In this document: positions 58,742 through 64,000 of the stretch, in pieces
Numbering within the stretch: the stretch's first letter is position 1
How the letters are laid out: every line of letters starts with the position of its first letter
Assembly (NCBI GenBank): GCA_965279375.1
Contig: OZ257156.1
Span: forward strand, 2,912,001-2,976,000
Direction: 5' to 3'
Length of the DNA: 64,000 nt
Source of the DNA: Gemmatimonas sp.
Lineage (GTDB): Bacteria; Gemmatimonadota; Gemmatimonadetes; Gemmatimonadales; Gemmatimonadaceae
Program-made: the position numbers and the translations under genes
The notes under the pieces: generated by a model
What the model saw: only the letters and a program-made list of their open reading frames with translations
What the model was told of the DNA's origin: nothing
The model's database searches: none

Positions 58742-59943
58742 TCGACGCCCATGCCTGAGTCCTGCCGGCGCATCGCGTCGTCGAGAATGGCGCGCACCGC
58801 TCGAGAAAACGGCACGCCGGCAAAGCGAAGGATTGCTCCGATCGACGTGTAGTTCTCGTCCTCGGAGAGTCCGCACTGCGAGTTCACTTCCAGCACGAAC
58901 AGTTCGCCCGTGTCGGCGTCCATGCGCAGATCCACGCGTCCGTAGCCGCGTCCGTCCACTGCGGCGTACGCAGCCCAACTCACGTCCATGATGCGCTGCG
59001 CCAGCGGCTGCAGCACGGGACCGTACTCCCAGAGATACTCGGAGTCGCCGAGCGACGATTCGCGCTCGTAGATCTCCCAGAGCCGATCGAACGAAAGAAA
59101 CTGCTCGGTGGGCGGAAGCCGTCGGTTAAAGACTCGTTCGACGGGCGGATACACGACGCACTGGTCAGCGGCGTCCGCCGACCCGACGATGAATGTCGTG
59201 TACTCCGCTCCCACAATGAACCGCTCCACAAGCACGCCGCCGCCTGTCAGATCCCAGCCGCGGTAGCCATCGCGCAGCAACGCCCGCTGCGTCTCCAGCG
59301 CCTCGCGCGCGTGCACGACGGAGTCGATTGTGATTCCCATGCTCCCCGCCGAGATCGCGGGCTTGATGATCAGCGGCGAGCCGCAGCGTGCAAAGAGGTC
59401 GTCGGCAGTCGCGTCGTCGTGAAGGATCGCCCAGGGTGACGTTGGAACGCTGGCGAGATCGAAGCGCTCCTTCATCGTGATCTTGGAGGTGGTCACGTCG
59501 TAGAACGCGCTGTCCGCGCCGGTGAAGCAGAGCCCCTTCGCTTCGAGATACCGGACCACGGACAATCCCGGCACACCGTTCGTTTCGTCGCCGTCGCACA
59601 GATTGAGCACCACCGCGTGCGAACGGTCGTCCGCGTTGATGATTTTGTCGATGACGCGCTCGTAGTCGCTGAGCAGTACCGGCGTCCAGTTCCACGCGTG
59701 TCCGAGGGCAGCGAACACCCGCGCATACTCGGCGCGGCTCTGACTGTAGTCGTTGTAGTAGGCGAGGTTCGGATCACTCGTCTCGACGAACGGCACCAGC
59801 ACCCAGATCGTGAGCGGTCGAGTTGTTCCCGCAACAGGCGAGCGGACCGTCGAGGCTACAGAGGAGTCGCTGGTCGCGTCGCGCTCCGCATCGAACGCTG
59901 CAACCGCCGCCGGCTCGGCGGGGGAAATGGTTCCTGAGTCCAT
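58738..59943 (-). CDS. D-Ala-D-Ala-ligase-like ATP-grasp protein (non-canonical Ddl)
   Basis: NLCDG, FTGAD, IIKP, GSMG, ERFIVGAEY, GRVDLR, LEVN; lacks the Ddl GGxSxE/LHG motifs; ATGA overlap with the next gene. Confidence 0.88.
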   Translation of the reverse strand: MDSGTISPAEPAAVAAFDAERDATSDSSVASTVRSPVAGTTRPLTIWVLVPFVETSDPNLAYYNDYSQSRAEYARVFAALGHAWNWTPVLLSDYERVIDKIINADDRSHAVVLNLCDGDETNGVPGLSVVRYLEAKGLCFTGADSAFYDVTTSKITMKERFDLASVPTSPWAILHDDATADDLFARCGSPLIIKPAISAGSMGITIDSVVHAREALETQRALLRDGYRGWDLTGGGVLVERFIVGAEYTTFIVGSADAADQCVVYPPVERVFNRRLPPTEQFLSFDRLWEIYERESSLGDSEYLWEYGPVLQPLAQRIMDVSWAAYAAVDGRGYGRVDLRMDADTGELFVLEVNSQCGLSEDENYTSIGAILRFAGVPFSRAVRAILDDAMRRQDSGMGVE

Positions 59944-60145
59944 GACGTCCGGATGAGGGCGAGGCACCACGGGAGGGCGCACAGGGATCGCGAAGGAGCG
60001 ACCAGCGACCAAGAAGCGAACACGAGCTTGGCCGATTGTAAAGACGAGCCTGCAGGCCGACTTGCGTCACGCGGCGCTGGACACAGGGGTCGATTCGGTG
60101 CACGGTTACGCCGCGACCACTCCGCCTCCCCACACAGACGTCCTC

Positions 60146-61942
60146 ATGCACCTCGTTATGCACCTCGTCTCACGTTCAGTCATTCGCACGCTCTCCCTCT
60201 CGTTGCTGGCGGCAGGCGTTGCCTGCGGACGGACCACCAGCACCTCGAGTTCGTCCATCGGCGTCGGATCGGCGGGCGCCGGGCAGACCGCCGCGCCATC
60301 GTCGGCCACGCAAGGCGGCAACGCGCAGGGAGTCGGTGCGCCGCGCGGGATGGTCGTGTCAGCGAGCGCGATTGCCAGTCAGGCTGGCCGGGATGCGTTG
60401 GCCGCCGGTGGAAACGCGGTAGACGCGGCGATCGCGACGGGCTTCGCACTGGCAGTCACGTATCCGGCGGCCGGTAACATCGGCGGTGGCGGATTCATGG
60501 TCATTCGTCAGCCTGACGGCCGCGCGACGACGATCGACTTCCGCGAGAAGGCGCCGGCCGCCGCCACGCCGGAGATGTTCACCGACTCTACCGGCAACTA
60601 CTCGGCGCGTATTCATCATCGCAGTCATCTCGCAGTTGGCGTGCCGGGCACCGTCGCCGGCTTCGCCTTGGCACATGAGAAGTATGGGAAGCGCGCGTGG
60701 AAGTCGCTGGTCGATCCAGCGGTACGTCTCGCACGCGACGGATTCGACGTGCCGACTGGCCTGGCGGCGTCGCTCAGTGGCTCGTTGACACGCTTCAAGA
60801 CGTATCCGGCCACGGAAGCCGCGTATTCGAAGAGCGGTGTTGCCTACGCGGCCGGTGAGCGCATGCGACTACCCGATCTTGGACGCACGCTCACGCGCAT
60901 TCGCGATGACGGGCGCGATGGCTTCTACCGTGGTGAGACGGCGCGTCTGATTGCGGAGGAGATGAAGCGGGGCGGCGGTGTGATCACGGAGGCGGACCTC
61001 GCGGCGTATCAAGCGAAGGAGCGCGCACCGATCCGCGGCACGTATCGCGGCTACGACATCATCTCCATGGCGCCGCCGAGTTCCGGCGGCGTGGCGATGG
61101 TGGAGATGCTGAACATTCTCGAGGGCTTCGATCTCAAGGCCGCGGGGCACAACTCACCGCAGTATGTGCACCTGGTGGTGGAGTCGATGCGTCGCGCGTT
61201 TCTCGACCGTGCGCGTTTTCTTGGTGATGCGGACTTCGTGCCGGCACCCCTCGACCGTCTGACGAGTAAGCAATACGCGGCAGAGTTGCGGAAGTCGATC
61301 ACGCTCGATCGCGCCACTCCGTCTGCGCCGTCGCAGGTGGTGCAGGGCTACGAAAGCCCGGAGACGACGCACTTCAGCGTCGTGGACGCGAATGGCATGG
61401 CGGTGTCGGTGACGTACACGCTCGAAGCTGGCTATGGGCTTGGCGCTGTCGTGGCGGGCGCTGGATTCCTGCTCAACAACGAGATGGGCGATTTCAACGG
61501 CAAGCCGGGGCTCACCGACAGCACCGGTTTGATCGGCACGCCTGCCAACGTCGCGCGACCGGGGAAACGCATGCTGTCGAGCATGACGCCGTCGATCATT
61601 GCCAAGGACGGCAAGCTCGTGGCAGTGGTGGGCAGCCCGGGCGGTCGCACGATCATCAATACCGTGCTGCAGGTGATCCTCAACGTGATCGACTTCGGCA
61701 TGCCGATGCAGGATGCGGTGAATGCAACGCGCTTTCATCACCAGTGGCTTCCGAACGTGATCTCGGTGGAGCGGAACGGACTGCCGGCGACCACGGTGAG
61801 TGCGTTGCAAGCGCTGGGGCACGAAGTGCGCTTGGGCGGCACACAGGGCACCGCGCACTCAATCATGCTCGATGCGAAGACAGGTCGTCGCATTGGCGCA
61901 GCCGACCCGCGCGACAAGGACGCGGGCGCCGTCGGCTACTGA
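60146..61942 (+). CDS. ggt: Gamma-glutamyltransferase (second paralogue), lipoprotein
   Basis: Lipobox GVAC; GGNAVDAA, DFRE, ETTHFS, NNEMGDF, KRMLSSMTP, GSPGG, ADPR; start 60146 or 60158. Confidence 0.93.
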   Translation: MHLVMHLVSRSVIRTLSLSLLAAGVACGRTTSTSSSSIGVGSAGAGQTAAPSSATQGGNAQGVGAPRGMVVSASAIASQAGRDALAAGGNAVDAAIATGFALAVTYPAAGNIGGGGFMVIRQPDGRATTIDFREKAPAAATPEMFTDSTGNYSARIHHRSHLAVGVPGTVAGFALAHEKYGKRAWKSLVDPAVRLARDGFDVPTGLAASLSGSLTRFKTYPATEAAYSKSGVAYAAGERMRLPDLGRTLTRIRDDGRDGFYRGETARLIAEEMKRGGGVITEADLAAYQAKERAPIRGTYRGYDIISMAPPSSGGVAMVEMLNILEGFDLKAAGHNSPQYVHLVVESMRRAFLDRARFLGDADFVPAPLDRLTSKQYAAELRKSITLDRATPSAPSQVVQGYESPETTHFSVVDANGMAVSVTYTLEAGYGLGAVVAGAGFLLNNEMGDFNGKPGLTDSTGLIGTPANVARPGKRMLSSMTPSIIAKDGKLVAVVGSPGGRTIINTVLQVILNVIDFGMPMQDAVNATRFHHQWLPNVISVERNGLPATTVSALQALGHEVRLGGTQGTAHSIMLDAKTGRRIGAADPRDKDAGAVGY

Positions 61943-61969
61943 GGCACCGAAGCTGTGGGTGAAATGCAC

Positions 61970-62002
61970 ACGGGGCGCCGACCGCAGTGGTCGGCGCCCC
62001 GT
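61970..62002. terminator. Perfect 14-bp GC hairpin between convergent genes (bidirectional terminator-like, no U tract)
   Basis: ACGGGGCGCCGACC-GCAGT-GGTCGGCGCCCCGT. Confidence 0.7.
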
Positions 62003-62027
62003 CGTGCGATGGAACGAGCGCGAACGC

Positions 62028-62603
62028 TTACTTGACCGTGAAAGCCGCGTGTGCCTTGGTCTTGTCCCACATGATCGCGAAGTTGCCGCCCTTGCCGGCG
62101 GGGGTCACTTCGATCGTCATCTTCTCGACGACGGCCGGCGTCGCCTCGACCGTCAGCGGAATGCGCACCAGATCCTGCTTGGCGTCGTACTCCGTTCCCC
62201 ACTGTTCGGTCTGCTTGTTCACGATCAGCATCCACTTACCGCCCTGATCCAGCAGGGTGAAGAGCGTGTACGTGCCGGCCGGCACGGCCAGCGCGCCGAA
62301 CTGCAGTGCCTTGCTGGTGGTGAAGTGCGTGGCCTTGTTCGCACCCGTGCGCCACACCATGCCCCACTTCATGTCATTGAGGCCACCAAAGATTTCGCGG
62401 CCGCGCTTGGACGGACGACCGTAGTCCACGAAGATGTTCGCGCCGGCAATCGTCGCCTTGACGGAGTCGCGAGGAGAGGCAGGCGCCTGTCCGGCCTTGG
62501 GGGCCATTCCGGCCATGCTGCCCTGCGCAGCGGCTGGCATGGCGAGGAGTGAAAGCGCCGCAAGCGTGGCGGCGGTGCGGATCATCGGAGTACGAAGGGA
62601 CAT
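62028..62603 (-). CDS. DUF2911-family secreted protein
   Basis: Signal peptide; ASP, VDYGRPSKRGREIFG, VWRTGANKAT, AGTYTLF, QWGT.Y; start 62603 or 62585. Confidence 0.88.
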   Translation of the reverse strand: MSLRTPMIRTAATLAALSLLAMPAAAQGSMAGMAPKAGQAPASPRDSVKATIAGANIFVDYGRPSKRGREIFGGLNDMKWGMVWRTGANKATHFTTSKALQFGALAVPAGTYTLFTLLDQGGKWMLIVNKQTEQWGTEYDAKQDLVRIPLTVEATPAVVEKMTIEVTPAGKGGNFAIMWDKTKAHAAFTVK

Positions 62604-62745
62604 GTGCAGTAGGATGGTCGGAGGGGCGGGATAAACAGGCTGCGGACGGCAGCTGGAATTATACCGCGTCTGGTGCGACTGAGGTTCCAATCGCGTCACC
62701 CGTGGCACGTTCGTCGCCGCCCGGACCTGCGGTTACGTTCTTCCG

Positions 62746-63933
62746 ATGTTCGCTTCTCGCATGTTCTCACACTCCGCGCCCTCTTCCCCCACGGAACGGC
62801 GTGGGACGTCGCTGCTGACGCTGGCGCTGGCGATGCTCCTGGTCGCGGCGCCCTCTCTCGCGCAGCAACCCGCAGCCGCGCCGGCCCGCACCCGGTCGGA
62901 CAGTGCGCGCGCATTTGGGGCACTCGTCGCGTCGCTCTCCGAGGCGGGTGGCTACTTCGACACCGACAACCTGATCTCGAACGAGCGCAGCTATCTGCAC
63001 GTGATGAGTGGGCTCGACCGGCTGGGTGTACGAGGTGGCGGTTACATCGGTGTTGGCCCTGATCAGAACTTCTCGTACATCGCGCGCATCAAGCCGAGCA
63101 TCGCCTTCATCGTCGATGTGCGCCGCGACAATCTGCTGCAGCAGCTGATGTTCAAGGCGCTGTTCGCGCGTGCGCGCAATCGTGCGGAGTATCTGGCGCT
63201 TTGGCTGGGGAAACCGCTTCCGGATGACGTCGCAGCGCTCTCCAATGCGAACATCGATGCCATCGTGGCGCGGCTCGACGCGCTGACCTCAACGCCGATC
63301 AGCGCTCGCGCCGCACACGCCGCGGTGCAGGACGAGGTGCAGCGATTCGGCATTCCGCTTTCGACGCAGGATCTCGCCACGATCGAACGCTTCCATGCGG
63401 CCTTCATCGCCTCAGGGCTCTCTCTGCAGTTCACGTCCACCGGTCGTCGTCCGCGCGAGTACTACCCGACGCTGCGCCAGCTCATTCTCGAACGAGATCT
63501 GAACGGTGTACAAGCCAGCTACCTTGCCCGCGAGACGGACTTTCAGTTCGTGAAGTCGCTCGAAGCGCGCGATCTCGTGGTGCCCGTGGTGGGTGACCTG
63601 GGCGGAACCAAAGCGATGCGTGCAATTGGCGCGTTGCTCACGCAACGTGGCGAACGGCTTTCTGCACTCTATGCGTCGAACGCCGAAGACTACGTGATGC
63701 GAGGCGGCGGCTTCGCGCGCTATGCGAAGAGCGTGCTGGCGATGCCGCGCGACGCGAAGAGTGTCTTCATTCGGAGTTGGTTTGGCGGAGAGGGGAGTCA
63801 TCCCCAGAACGTGCGTGGCTACTACAGCACGCAGCTCTTGCAGACCATCGATGATTTCGCAGGCGACTTCCCCTCAGGTGCGTTCCCCTCCTACTACGAC
63901 CTGACACACCGCCGTACCGTACCGCTGCGCTAG
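62746..63933 (+). CDS. Conserved-looking hypothetical secreted protein
   Basis: Signal peptide (SLA-Q); SE.GGYFDTDNLISNE, YIGVGPDQNFSYI, VDVRRDN, PVVGDL, YASNAEDY. Confidence 0.75.
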   Translation: MFASRMFSHSAPSSPTERRGTSLLTLALAMLLVAAPSLAQQPAAAPARTRSDSARAFGALVASLSEAGGYFDTDNLISNERSYLHVMSGLDRLGVRGGGYIGVGPDQNFSYIARIKPSIAFIVDVRRDNLLQQLMFKALFARARNRAEYLALWLGKPLPDDVAALSNANIDAIVARLDALTSTPISARAAHAAVQDEVQRFGIPLSTQDLATIERFHAAFIASGLSLQFTSTGRRPREYYPTLRQLILERDLNGVQASYLARETDFQFVKSLEARDLVVPVVGDLGGTKAMRAIGALLTQRGERLSALYASNAEDYVMRGGGFARYAKSVLAMPRDAKSVFIRSWFGGEGSHPQNVRGYYSTQLLQTIDDFAGDFPSGAFPSYYDLTHRRTVPLR

Positions 63934-64000
63934 CAGGCGGCCGACCTCGCGGTTCGGAGGCGGTGCCGGTATGTTCGGCCAATGAAGCCTCTTCTTCTGC

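Noticed and set aside
57296..59943. Calling the ATP-grasp genes ddl
   Set aside because: They lack the Ddl GGxSxE and LHG motifs and cell-wall gene context, and one is fused to a SET domain

Overview
High-GC bacterial chromosomal window, densely coding, with about 41 CDSs. The gene repertoire and style suggest Gemmatimonadota (inference). No rRNA, tRNA, CRISPR array, integrase or transposase was recognised. From left to right: (1) a housekeeping block (HDAC-family deacetylase fragment, CorA, Ser/Thr kinase, Ala-Glu epimerase, priA, PLP aminotransferase, YceI, Fur, CcdA, ABC exporter); (2) a peptidoglycan-recycling/envelope block (murQ, anmK, a GH3/NagZ homologue with a degenerate catalytic loop, an amidase, and an outer-membrane peptidase-propeller-barrel protein); (3) class II ribonucleotide reductase nrdJ behind a structured ~490-bp intergenic region; (4) a secreted amidohydrolase and a tricorn protease; (5) a compact three-gene operon encoding CHAT caspase-like protease / alpha-beta hydrolase / CHAT-TPR protease (35634-42100), the best candidate here for an undescribed protease-activated conflict or signalling system; (6) a hybrid histidine kinase with Tat-DUF4159; (7) Tat-TldD/TldE plus a MoxR-DUF58-BatA cluster; (8) a coupled pair of Ddl-like ATP-grasp ligases, one fused to a SET methyltransferase, divergent from a second gamma-glutamyltransferase. 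All calls come from motif reading by eye; no database searches were run.
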